Shown piece by piece: positions 19,385 through 28,167 of a stretch of 64,000 nt of DNA; position 1 is the first letter of the stretch; the number at the start of each line of letters is the position of its first letter. The position numbers and the translations under genes are program-made. The notes under the pieces were generated by a model that worked only from the letters and a program-made list of their open reading frames with translations, made no database searches and was not told the DNA's origin. The stretch covers positions 15,256 through 79,255 of the forward strand of contig CAVWWJ010000028.1 in the NCBI GenBank assembly GCA_963758625.1, written 5' to 3'. Origin of the DNA: an uncultured Alphaproteobacteria bacterium. GTDB taxonomy: Bacteria > Pseudomonadota > Alphaproteobacteria > Rhizobiales > Hyphomicrobiaceae.

Positions 19385-19753
19385 CTAAACGAGGCGCTCC
19401 TTGATCGTTGCAATGTGCGCCTCGCCATCGCGAAGCGGGTACGGAGACGTGTGGACTGAGTTGTAGCCGGTGACGGCCGGCACGGTGCCCCTGACGTTGT
19501 CCGGATCGATATAGCTGACCTCGCCTTCCACGACATAGGTCAGCGTAGCGATACCCGAGTGAGGGTGTAGGTCCGCGTTGAACGGTGGACCTTCATGGTC
19601 AAAGAGGTCGAGGAAGACGAATGGCTTCAGCATCTCGCCGAGGCCGGACGGGCTGATCAAACGTGTGGTGGCGCCGTGCGTTCGCCCACGGGTACGTTGC
19701 ACGATCGCCCGCGCCAGGCGCGGCGTTGGTGATTTGGTTGAGGCAAGGGTCAT
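19385..19753 (-). pseudogene. Pirin-family protein, N-terminal cupin part only (truncated)
   Basis: LKPFVFLDLFDHEGPPFNADLHPHSGIATLTYVVEGEVSYIDPD is a pirin N-terminal signature. The ORF stops after 122 aa, and I found no continuation in any frame. Confidence 0.5.
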
Positions 19754-19810
19754 TGGGGGGTTCCTTTCGAAAATAGGGCGGGAGAAGCGCCTTGCCCGCG
19801 CAGTGGCTGG

Positions 19811-20394
19811 TCAGGACGCGCTGGTGCGCGCCCCCTTCAAGGCTGCGGTCCACCACAGCAGATCATCGATCATCGCTTCGGCGGGCTTCCCCAACTCCGC
19901 CAATCCGGCATCGACATCGCCGCCCTGGTAGTGAGCCCACAGGGTTGCGACGGGGATGTGGACCGAGGAGCGAATCGGGGCGAGCTGAAGCTCAGTCATC
20001 GTTTGGCGAAGCTGCTGGACGCTGCGTACGCCCATGGCGGAGCCATAGCTCACGAAGGCCGCCGCCTTGCGATTCCACTCGGGATAAACCCAGTCGATCG
20101 CGTTCTTGAGCACGGCGGAGGGGCCGTAGTTGTACTCGGGGTGACGAAGACGAAGCCGTCGGACTGCGCGATCGCGGCGGTCCACCTCTGCACGACCTCG
20201 TTCTTGTAGGGCGGGCGACCCGGCATGGCCGGCGTTGCTGGCTGATCGAAGAACGGCATCGGAAAATCGCGAAGATCAAGCAGCCGAGCGTCGACACCCT
20301 TGCGCTTCTTGAGATGCTGCAAGATCCACTTCGCGGGCTTTTCCGAGAAACGGCCCTCGCGGGTGCTTCCAACGATGACGGAAATGACGGTCAT
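19811..20394 (-). pseudogene. NADPH-dependent FMN reductase, one frame break
   Basis: ORF 20050..20394 gives MTVISVIVGSTREGRFSEKPAKWI...SDGFVFVTP. The continuation EYNYGPSAVLKNAIDWVYPEWNRKAAAFVSYG... is in the frame of ORF 19811..20185. Confidence 0.75.
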
Positions 20395-20491
20395 GCTTTT
20401 CCTCCTCGCTGTTCGTCATGATGGCAGCGAGCATCCTCACCGCCTTCGCCAGTGAAGATGGCGGCTGGCCGTCTATTCGATAAGGCTGTAT

Positions 20492-20515
20492 TATGCGGAT
20501 GGGTTATTCGGCATA
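20492..20515. promoter_or_regulatory. Imperfect palindrome TATGC-N14-GCATA in the LysR / FMN-reductase divergent intergenic region
   Basis: TATGCGGATGGGTTATTCGGCATA lies just upstream of the LysR start. This is the position and shape expected for a LysR-type T-N11-A box. This is inference only. Confidence 0.25.
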
Positions 20516-20523
20516 GGCGACCA

Positions 20524-21423
20524 ATGCGGAAGCCAGAGCTGGGCGAGATGAACGCCTTCGTATCCGTTGCGGAACGCCGCAGCTTTGCCAAGGCTGCTGC
20601 CCAGCTGGGAATTTCCCGCTCGCGACTGAGCGAAACCATTCGCGGCCTCGAGGACAGGCTTGGCGTGCGCCTCCTCAACCGGACGACACGCAGCGTGGCG
20701 CCAACGGCGGCCGGCGAACGGCTGCTGGCGCGGCTGCGCCCGCTGCTCAATGATTTCGACACCGTCCTCGACTCAATCAACGTATTCCGCGACAAGCCGG
20801 CCGGGCTGCTGCGCCTTACGGTGTCGCCGCCAGCGGCGAAGCTCCTGCTCGCACCGCTGCTTTCGCGCTTTCTCGCGCAATACCCCGCAATCGATCTGGA
20901 GATCTCCGTCGACGCGGCGTTGACCGACATCGTCGCCGGTCGCTTCGATGCGGGAATCCGCCCGGGCGAGCGCGTCGAGCGCGACATGATCGCCGTGCGC
21001 ATCGGCGAGGAGATACGCGGCGTGGTCGTCGCCGCGCCGGACTACTTGGCGCGGCATCCGCGGCCGGCAACTCCCCGGGACCTCCAAACACACAACTGCA
21101 TCCGCTTCCGGTTCCCGAGCGGCGTGATCGTTCCGTGGCAATTTGAGAAGAAGGGCAAGCAGGTGGAGGTGGCAGTAGAGGGCCGCCTAACGGTCAACGA
21201 CCCTGAACTGGCCATCCGAGCCGCGGTGGACGGCGTGGGCGTGCTGTTTACGGCTCTCGGCTATGCCGCGCCAGAGATCAAGGCGGGCCGGCTGGTTCCC
21301 TTGCTGGAGGACTGGCGGATCGGCTCGGCCGCATTCTTTCTGTATTATCCGAGCCGGCGACAGGTGCCACAGCCGCTGCAGGTGTTTATAGAGTTTCTGC
21401 GGAAGAACCTGCGGGCGCGTTGA
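20524..21423 (+). CDS. LysR-family transcriptional regulator
   Basis: From ATG 20524 the sequence reads MRKPELGEMNAFVSVAERRSFAKAAAQLGISRSRLSETIRGLEDRLGVRLLNRTTRSVAPTAAG, followed by a full-length substrate-binding domain. It is divergent from the FMN reductase. Confidence 0.9.
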   Translation: MRKPELGEMNAFVSVAERRSFAKAAAQLGISRSRLSETIRGLEDRLGVRLLNRTTRSVAPTAAGERLLARLRPLLNDFDTVLDSINVFRDKPAGLLRLTVSPPAAKLLLAPLLSRFLAQYPAIDLEISVDAALTDIVAGRFDAGIRPGERVERDMIAVRIGEEIRGVVVAAPDYLARHPRPATPRDLQTHNCIRFRFPSGVIVPWQFEKKGKQVEVAVEGRLTVNDPELAIRAAVDGVGVLFTALGYAAPEIKAGRLVPLLEDWRIGSAAFFLYYPSRRQVPQPLQVFIEFLRKNLRAR

Positions 21424-21631
21424 TGCGCGAAGACGTGACGCGGCTTGCGACAATGCTCAGCGGCTCCTCGACGTGCCGGGGCAGCGTTTCTCGTACCCCA
21501 ATCGGTGGAAAACCGCAGCTGCGAGCCTTGCCTGATGCGTCAATCGAGGATCACCGCCGTCCGGCCGGCCCCGCTGATAGGCGCCAGAAACCACGCTCAT
21601 CGTGATGGGCGTCATCGTATAGGAGAGTGCC

Positions 21632-22307
21632 ATGACGAACCTGAAACCCACCGTAGTTCTCGTCCACGGCGGCTTTGTCGACGGCGCCGGCTGGGAAGGC
21701 GTCTACAGCATCCTGAAGAAGGATGGCTACGACGTGAGCATCGTCCAGAACCCAACCTTGAGCCTCGCAGGGGACGTCGCCGCCACGCGGCAGGTCATCG
21801 CCCAAGCCAACGGGCCCGTGGTCCTGGTGGGGCATTCGTACGGCGGTGTCGTCATCACCGAAGCCGGCAACGACCCGAAGGTGTCGAAGCTCGTCTACAT
21901 CGCGGCCTTCGCGCCGGACAAGGGCGAGTCCGTGGCCTCTCTGATCAAGGACCCGGCGCCCGGCGCCGATCCTGCCGCCGCAGGACGGCTTCCTGTTCCT
22001 CGACAAGGCGAAGTTCGCGGCTTCCTTTGCGGCCGACGTCGAGACAGGGAAGGCCGCGTTCATGGCCAACTCGCAGGTTCCGTGGGGCGTTGCTGCGCTC
22101 GAGGGGGCTGTAAGCGAGCCGGCATGGAAGAAGAAGCCCAGCTGGTATCTGGTTGCGGCCGACGACAGGATGATCCCACCCCCAGCGCAGCGCTTCATGT
22201 CCGAGCGTGCCGGCGCAACGGTGGTGGAGAGCGCGGGAAGCCATGCCATCTACGTGTCGCGGCCGGAGGACGTTGCTTCCCTCATCAGGAAGGCTGCGCA
22301 AGCGTGA
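21632..22307 (+). pseudogene. Alpha/beta hydrolase, one frame break
   Basis: MTNLKPTVVLVHGGFVDGAGW...VVLVGHSYGG is in ORF 21632... The C-terminal FMANSQVPWGV...KKKPSWYLVAADDRMIPPPAQ...GSHAIYVSRPEDVA is in ORF 22062..22307. Confidence 0.75.
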
Positions 22308-22675
22308 TGGGCGCGCGTGCTACCGCCGCCGGGAGAGCATCACCGGCGGCGGAGCACGTCTGATGAAGACCCGGCGCTATCCGCATTTCGTAGCCGCACC
22401 AGGCACGCGTCTGAGTTCCGTTCCGGGTCCGATTTGCGAGTGGGACCGGCAGAGCCGGTGCGTCTCAACTTGCCCAGAAAGCGGTCTGAATTATTGCAGT
22501 GCGGAAGTCGGCAGAGACCAGGGCAGGAGAGGGTGGCCGCCGCGATGCCTTCCTGTATGCGGTCGGGGTCCGCCGTGTCGCGTGGACGCTTGTGGAACGC
22601 CGGAGGCTATTTGAAACTCGTCGCTCCAAAGAGCGACGGTAGGCAGTCGGCCTGTTTAGGATGATGTCGGACGAG

Positions 22676-22713
22676 TTTTACATGTTCGCCAGAAATCGCC
22701 GGAACATGTAAAA
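22676..22713. repeat. Perfect 12-bp inverted repeat TTTTACATGTTC-N14-GAACATGTAAAA in an AT-rich spacer
   Basis: Read directly from the sequence. Each arm also contains the self-complementary hexamer ACATGT. It lies about 45 nt from the truncated tRNA-Pro. Confidence 0.85.
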
Positions 22714-22757
22714 TCTTTCTGCAATGATTTCAGTTGCTTAGGTGCAAAAGCGGCTAA

Positions 22758-22796
22758 TCCCAAAGCAGGTGCTCTACCAGGCTGAGCTATGCCCCG
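22758..22796 (-). pseudogene. Truncated tRNA-Pro(UGG): 5' half only
   Basis: The reverse complement is CGGGGCA-TA-GCTC-AGCCTGGTA-GAGC-A-CCTGC-TTTGGGA. This gives the acceptor 5' arm, a complete D-arm, the anticodon 5' stem and a loop with anticodon TGG. The 3' stem GCAGG, the T-arm and the acceptor 3' arm are missing. The sequence continues TTAGCCGCTTTTGCACC. Confidence 0.6.
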
Positions 22797-22965
22797 ACGC
22801 GTCGAGATGCCTTACACGTCCGCCAAGTCACTGCTTAGCGCCACTCCAAGCGCAAGGCAATGGCGCGACCTTGGCAGACGGGCAGAACAGGCGAGGAAGT
22901 CACCCACAAGTGGGCGCCGGCATCAACACCCGCTGCGGGTGAGCTTGCACCGGTCCTGAACGGTC

Positions 22966-23646
22966 TCACGCCCGCGGTGGCCTGGCGGCTGCCTGGGCAT
23001 AGAGCTGCTCGAAGTCCGGGAAGGCGTGACAGACCGCCAGTGAGGTCTGCACCGTGGGGCCGGCTGGCCCACGCACGCACTGCATGGCGCAGAAGATCAG
23101 CTTGCCGCCGACCATGACCCGCTTGCCGGCATCGGCCGCCTCGTCCTGGGCCTTTTGCCTCGTGGCCACGGCAATCAGATGCTCGGGGAGACGGGTGATG
23201 CTGCGGCCGTCGACGGGCCAATCCGGGGCCGGCTTGAGGCCGAACCCCTGCGCAAGGGGCTCGGAGCGGAAGTCGCTCACCGAGGCGTAGGCGAAGCCGA
23301 CGAAGCGGCCCGCGCGCTCGTCGAGCCCGAAATGATAGAGCATCGTTGCAATCTCCTGCTGGCCGGCGCCCGCGTCCGGATGGCGCGCGTGGAGCTTGCG
23401 CAGCTCGGCCGGCGCGAGGCGGTCGAGGTCGACGACGTCGCGCACGACGAGCTCCGTGTTCACGGTGGCGACCCACTCGGCGATGGCCTGGGCGTGGCCC
23501 GTTCCGCAGATCAGGGCCTCGAGGTGCGGCAGGGCATGGATCTTGGTGGCGAAGGCGACGGGGGAGAGATCGTCGGGGTCGCACAGGAGCGTATCGGCCA
23601 GCACGTAGACGGCCTCATCGGTGAGCAGGTAGTTCAAGAGGGTCAT
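22966..23646 (-). CDS. Hypothetical protein with a proteasome-beta/Ntn-hydrolase-like N-terminal pattern
   Basis: In ORF 22966..23676 the preferred start is MTLLNY at 23646. Numbering from the Thr after Met gives T1, D17 (VLADT), K34 (ATKIH), G47 (ICGTG) and a later LYHFGLDERAGRFVGF strand pair. I recognise no named family. Confidence 0.6.
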   Translation of the reverse strand: MTLLNYLLTDEAVYVLADTLLCDPDDLSPVAFATKIHALPHLEALICGTGHAQAIAEWVATVNTELVVRDVVDLDRLAPAELRKLHARHPDAGAGQQEIATMLYHFGLDERAGRFVGFAYASVSDFRSEPLAQGFGLKPAPDWPVDGRSITRLPEHLIAVATRQKAQDEAADAGKRVMVGGKLIFCAMQCVRGPAGPTVQTSLAVCHAFPDFEQLYAQAAARPPRA

Positions 23647-23807
23647 TGAGGCCTCGCGCTGAAGGTCGGTGCCCATGGCTGCCCATCACCCCCGCCTTCG
23701 CCAGGATCAAGTCCGGGGCAGGCCCATCCCTCCCGCCGCCCTCGGGACATTGTGGCCTGCGCACCCTCGTGGACAGCCGAGGCGGCGGAGAGAGGAGTCG
23801 GCTCGGT

Positions 23808-25885
23808 CTAGGTGCCCGTGCGCTGCCATCTTCCGCGTAGGCGCGCTGCGAGGTCAACCGCGGGCCCGCCGGCTCTTCCCTCAGGGTCGGCCTGGTTCGA
23901 CCTCGGCCAGGTGACAGCCTCGAAATGGGCGAGGCTGCTGCTCCGAAGGAAGCGGCTGCGCGCGGCGTAGACGTGCCTGCCGCCGCGCTTCGCCTGCTGG
24001 TGCGTATAGAAGCGCTGCGGGAGAAGGAGGGCCAGCCGGTCCTTGGCGCGGGTCATGGCCACGTAGAGGAGGCGCCGCTCCTCCTCGATCTCCTCGGGGG
24101 TGCCCGTGGCCATGTCGGAGGGGATGCAGCCGTCCACGGCGTTCAGCACGAAGACGGCCTTCCATTCCTGGCCCTTCGCGGAGTGGATGGTGGAGAGGAC
24201 CAGGTAGTCCTCGTCGAGCCGCGGCACCCCCGCCTTGCCGCTCGCGGCCTCCGGCGGATCGAGGGTCAGGTCCGTCAGGAAACGAGCGCGCGAGGGGAAG
24301 GTGGTCGCAACGCGCGCGAGCTGATCGAGGTCGCCGGCGCGCACCATGGCGTCGTCGAAGCGCTGCTCGAGGTGCGGCGCATACCACCTGCGCACGAGGT
24401 CGAGGTCGGTCGGCCATTCGAGGGCGGGATCCTGCAGGCGCCGGATGAGCAGGGCGAGATCGCGCCAGGGCTCGGCGGCCTTGGCAGGCGGGCGGCACGC
24501 CTCGAGCGCGCCCGCCGCGCTCTGGCCGACCATGGCGTCGAGCGCCTTGCCGGCAACCGCGGGGCCGACGCCGTCCATGAGCTGCAGCACGCGAAAGCCC
24601 GTGACCCGGTCTGCCGGATTCTCGGCCCAGCGCAAGACCGCCAGCATGTCCTTCACGTGCGCGGCCTCGATGAACTTGAGCCCGCCGAACTTGACGAAGG
24701 GAATGTTGCGCCGGGTGAGCTCGATCTCCAGAAGCGCGCTGTGATGCGCGGTGCGGAACAGGACCGCCTGCTCCTTCAGCGCCATCCCGGCCTCGCGGTG
24801 CTCCAGGATGCTCGCGACTACGAAGCCCGCCTGCGCGGCATCGTCGAGCACCGTGACGAGCGCGGGCTTCGGGCCCTGACTGCGCACCGAACGCAGGTTC
24901 TTGGTGAAGCGCTCACGGGCGAGGCCGATGACGGCGTTGGAGGCCGGCGAGGATGGCGGGCGTCGAGCGGTAGTTCTGCTCCAGCGTGACGAGGGTGGCC
25001 GGCGGCTCGAACCGGCGCGGGAAGTCGAGGATGTTGCGCACCGTCGCGGCGCGGAAGCCGTAGATCGCCTGGGCGTCGTCGCCGACGACGGTCGAGCCCG
25101 GCGCCGTCGGGCTTGAGGCCAAGGAGGATGGCGGCCTGCAGGGCGTTGGTATCCTGGTACTCGTCGACCAGCACGTGATCGAAGAGGCCGCCGATCTCGG
25201 AGGCGAGCTCGGGCACCTGCATCAGCTCGGCCCAGTAGAGCAGCAGGTCGTCGTAGTCGAGCACGTGTTGCCTCTGCTTGGCGTCCACATAGGCCTCGAA
25301 CAGGCCGCGCAGGTCCGCCTCCCATTGGGCGCACCAGGGGAATTGCCTGCGCAGAACCTCCTCCAGCGGGTCGGCGGCGTTGACGGCGCGGGAGTAGACG
25401 GCGAGGCAGGTGCCCTTCAGCGGAAAGCGCTCCGCCTTGTCTGAGAGCCCCAGCTCGTGGCGCACGAGGTTCATGAGAGTCCGCTGAGTCCTCGCGGTCG
25501 TGGATCGTGAAGCCGGGATCGAGGCCGATGGCGTTGGCGTAGAGCCGCAGGAGCCGCGCGCCGACGGCATGAAAGGTGCCCGACCAGCCGATCGGGCCCG
25601 GCGCGCCGGCTCCCCCGAGGACGCGGCGCAACGATGCGCTCGACGCGGCGCGCCATCTCGGCAGCGGCGCGGCGGGAGAAGGTGAGCAGCAGCATGCGGC
25701 CCGGGATCGGCGCCGTTGACGACGAGGTGGGCGACGCGGTGGGCAAGGGTGTTGGTCTTGCCGGAGCCGGCGCCGGCGATGACGAGAAGCGGGCCGGCCA
25801 CGTTCGAACCCCTGCCAGCGACGCCGTGCTCGGCGGCACGGCGCTGCTCGGGATTGAGGCCGTCGAAATGGTGTACTGCCGCCAT
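23808..25885 (-). pseudogene. UvrD/PcrA-like superfamily-1 helicase, N-terminal third frame-disrupted
   Basis: FDGLNPEQRRAAEH...[25 protein letters not shown] is in the frame of ORF 24818..25927. RMLLLTFSRRAAAEMARRV is in the frame of 25471..25839. GTFHAVGARLLR is in the 718-aa frame. [14 protein letters not shown] is in the 24818 frame. [16 protein letters not shown] is in the frame of 24913..25122. From [11 protein letters not shown] to the stop (about 24950 down to 23808) there is one continuous frame, including STIHSAKGQEWKAVFV and LLYVAMTRAKD. Confidence 0.8.
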
Positions 25886-26045
25886 GAGGAGAGGCCCGAG
25901 CCACGAGGTTCGCGGCATCCTGATCATAATTCGTTCGCATGCGCCAAGCTGGACCCAGAAGCACTGCCGCGCCGCACCCCCGCCGAGCGGTCGAACCGCA
26001 CTGCCAAGCAGATTATTGTCGTTGACCCAACGCGCAAGTTAATCC

Positions 26046-27548
26046 TCAGGCCTGGAACGCCTCTTGGCGCTTCTTGCGAATGAATGGGAGGACGAGGATC
26101 AGCAGCAGCAGCAAGGTCGCGATCAATAAGGCCAGACTGATACGACGTTCGATGAAGATCATCGGGTCGCCGCCGGAAATGCGCAGCGCCCGGCGCAGGT
26201 TGTCCTCCATCAGCGGGCCGAGCACGAAGCCCAGGATGAGCGGCGCCGGCTCGCAGTCGAGCTTCATGAACACGTATCCGGCGACGCCGAAGAAGGCGGC
26301 GAGGAAAACCGCCGTCGGGCTGTTGCTCACGGTGTAGACGCCGATCCCGCAGAACAAGAGGATTGCCAGATAGAGGAAGCGATAGGGGACCTTGAGCAGC
26401 TGCACCCACACGCCGATCAGCGGCAGGTTGATGATCAGCAGCATCAGGTTGCCGATCCACATGCTGGCCACCAGACCCCAGAACATGGCCGGGCGCTCGG
26501 TCATGATCTGCGGCCCCGGCTGGATGCCGTGGATAGTGAGCGCGCCGATCATGAGGGCCATGACCGCGTTGCCGGGCAGGCCTAGCGTCAGCATCGGAAT
26601 GAACGAGGTCTGGGCGCCCGCATTGTTGGCGCATTCCGGGCCGGCCACGCCTTCCACCGCCCCCCGGCCGAACTCGGAGGGCCTGTTCGAGACCTTCTTC
26701 TCCAGGGCATAGGCCGCGAAAGAGCTCAACAAGGCGCCGCCGCCGGGCAGGACGCCCAGCAGCGAGCCGAGCGTCGTGCCGCGCAGCGCCGCTGGCCAGG
26801 CGCGGCGGAAGTCCTCGCCCGACGGCCAGAGCCGCGTGATCCTCTGCGCCAGGATCGAGCGCTTCTCCTCCGCCCGCGACAGGTTGGCGATGATCTCGCC
26901 GATGCCGAACAGACCGATGGCGAGAATCGCCACTTCGATCCCATCGCTCAGCTGCGTGATACCGAAGGTGAAGCGCGTGCCGCCGGTGTGGCCGTCGGTC
27001 CCGATGAGCCCGATGAGGAGCCCGAGCACGATCATCGCCACCGCCTTGAGCACCGAGCCGTGCGCCAGCACGACCGCGGCGATCAGGCCGAACACCATGA
27101 GCGAGAAATACTCCGGGGCGCCGAACGACTGGCCCACCAGGGCGAGCGGCGGAGCGAATGCCGCGATCAGCGCCGTGCTGACGCAGCCGGCGAAGAACGA
27201 GCCGAGCGCCGCGACGGCCAGCGCCGTCCCGGCCCGGCCCTGGCGCGCCATCTGGTGCCCATCGATGCAGGTGACGACCGAGGAGGTCTCGCCCGGAAGA
27301 TTGACGAGAATGGCCGAGGTCGAGCCGCCATACTGCGCCCCGTAGAAGATGCCGGCGAGCATGATGATGCCGGAGGTCGGCTCGAGGTGGAAGGTCAGCG
27401 GCAGCAGCATGGCAATGGTTGCGATCGGACCAATGCCGGGAAGGACGCCGATGAGGGTCCCAATCAGCGCGCCGACGAAGGCAAAGAACAGGTTCATTGG
27501 CGTCATGGCGACGCCGAAGCCGGTGGCGAGGTTGTGGACGAGCTCCAT
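26046..27548 (-). CDS. tctA: Tripartite tricarboxylate transporter large permease TctA
   Basis: The 500-aa ORF is intact. It reads GALIGTLIGVLPGIGP...GIFYGAQYGGSTSAILVNLPGE...LPGGGALLSSFAAYALEKK. Confidence 0.9.
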   Translation of the reverse strand: MELVHNLATGFGVAMTPMNLFFAFVGALIGTLIGVLPGIGPIATIAMLLPLTFHLEPTSGIIMLAGIFYGAQYGGSTSAILVNLPGETSSVVTCIDGHQMARQGRAGTALAVAALGSFFAGCVSTALIAAFAPPLALVGQSFGAPEYFSLMVFGLIAAVVLAHGSVLKAVAMIVLGLLIGLIGTDGHTGGTRFTFGITQLSDGIEVAILAIGLFGIGEIIANLSRAEEKRSILAQRITRLWPSGEDFRRAWPAALRGTTLGSLLGVLPGGGALLSSFAAYALEKKVSNRPSEFGRGAVEGVAGPECANNAGAQTSFIPMLTLGLPGNAVMALMIGALTIHGIQPGPQIMTERPAMFWGLVASMWIGNLMLLIINLPLIGVWVQLLKVPYRFLYLAILLFCGIGVYTVSNSPTAVFLAAFFGVAGYVFMKLDCEPAPLILGFVLGPLMEDNLRRALRISGGDPMIFIERRISLALLIATLLLLLILVLPFIRKKRQEAFQA

Positions 27549-27551
27549 CGG

Positions 27552-28055
27552 CTAGAACGTGGGCCAGAGGGGGATCGTCAGCGAAAGCCCGACGATGAAA
27601 ATCAGCCAGCACAGTGCGATCAGCGCCAGCGTGGCGATCGCCGTCTCCAGCGGCCGCATGCTGCGCCCCGCCACCGCGGCGATGCCTGTCAGGAGCAGGA
27701 TCGACAGCACGAGGCCAAGCCGTTCCAGCGCGAGGCCGAACACCACGAGGCTCAAGGTGACGAAGACGACCGGACGCCACGCCACCGCGCTGGAGACGTC
27801 GGCTTCCGGAAGCCGGTCGGCTTTCCACAGGCCCGAGACCAGGATCAATCCCCCGAGCCCCAGCAGAACCCACAGCAGCAGCCGCGGCATGTAGCCGGTG
27901 CCCATGCTCGATGCGGTGCCAATCGGATAGTCCCGCGAGACCCAGAGTCCGAATGCGGCCACGCCCATGAACAGGAGCCCCGACAGAACGTCCTTGCGCT
28001 GCAGGACCGCCCGCCAGCGCAACCCGTCCCTGGGCTTCGGGGGGTAAACCGGCAT
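27552..28055 (-). CDS. tctB: Tripartite tricarboxylate transporter small subunit TctB
   Basis: The 167-aa ORF is intact, has 4 TM helices and lies 3 nt upstream of tctA. Confidence 0.8.
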   Translation of the reverse strand: MPVYPPKPRDGLRWRAVLQRKDVLSGLLFMGVAAFGLWVSRDYPIGTASSMGTGYMPRLLLWVLLGLGGLILVSGLWKADRLPEADVSSAVAWRPVVFVTLSLVVFGLALERLGLVLSILLLTGIAAVAGRSMRPLETAIATLALIALCWLIFIVGLSLTIPLWPTF

Positions 28056-28078
28056 CTGTCCCTCCCGGATCGGCGCGG

Positions 28079-28107
28079 GGTGTCAGACCCCTCTGCGGTC
28101 TGACACC
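28079..28107. repeat. REP-like palindrome GGTGTCAGACC-N7-GGTCTGACACC
   Basis: An 11-bp perfect stem, read directly. It lies in the tctC-tctB intergenic spacer. Confidence 0.85.
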
Positions 28108-28134
28108 GTTGCTCCAACAGGGCGTCGGTGCCAA

Positions 28135-28161
28135 GGTGTCAGACCCGGAGGGTCTGACACC
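28135..28161. repeat. REP-like palindrome GGTGTCAGACCC-N3-GGGTCTGACACC
   Basis: A 12-bp perfect stem. This is the second copy in the same spacer, 27 nt from the first. Confidence 0.85.
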
Positions 28162-28167
28162 TTTTCC

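Noticed and set aside
22676-22713. Palindrome as a LexA (SOS), Irr/ICE, Fur or FNR-type box
   Set aside because: The arms contain GTTC and GAAC. However, the alphaproteobacterial SOS box is a direct GTTC-N7-GTTC repeat, whereas this is an inverted repeat with N14 spacing. It also does not match the TTTAGAA-N3-TTCTAAA (ICE), TTGAT-N4-ATCAA (FNR) or Fur consensus sequences.
1-22800. Left segment as an integrative element (ICE or prophage) with identifiable att sites
   Set aside because: There is no integrase, excisionase, conjugation or phage structural gene in the window, and no second copy of the tRNA fragment. Only the general statement 'accessory segment adjacent to a tRNA remnant' is supported.
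23808-25964. Apparently intact 718-aa ORF for the helicase
   Set aside because: The C-terminal ~380 aa are genuine UvrD-like sequence. The N-terminal part of this frame is mostly Arg/Pro-rich nonsense. The real motifs (Walker A, DEYQD, GDDAQ) lie in two other frames, so the long ORF is not evidence that the gene is intact.
25924-28134. 736-aa ORF on the minus strand spanning tctA and tctB
   Set aside because: It is out of frame with the clearly real tctA and tctB ORFs on the same strand. Its composition is Arg/Pro/Gly/Ala-rich with no motifs.
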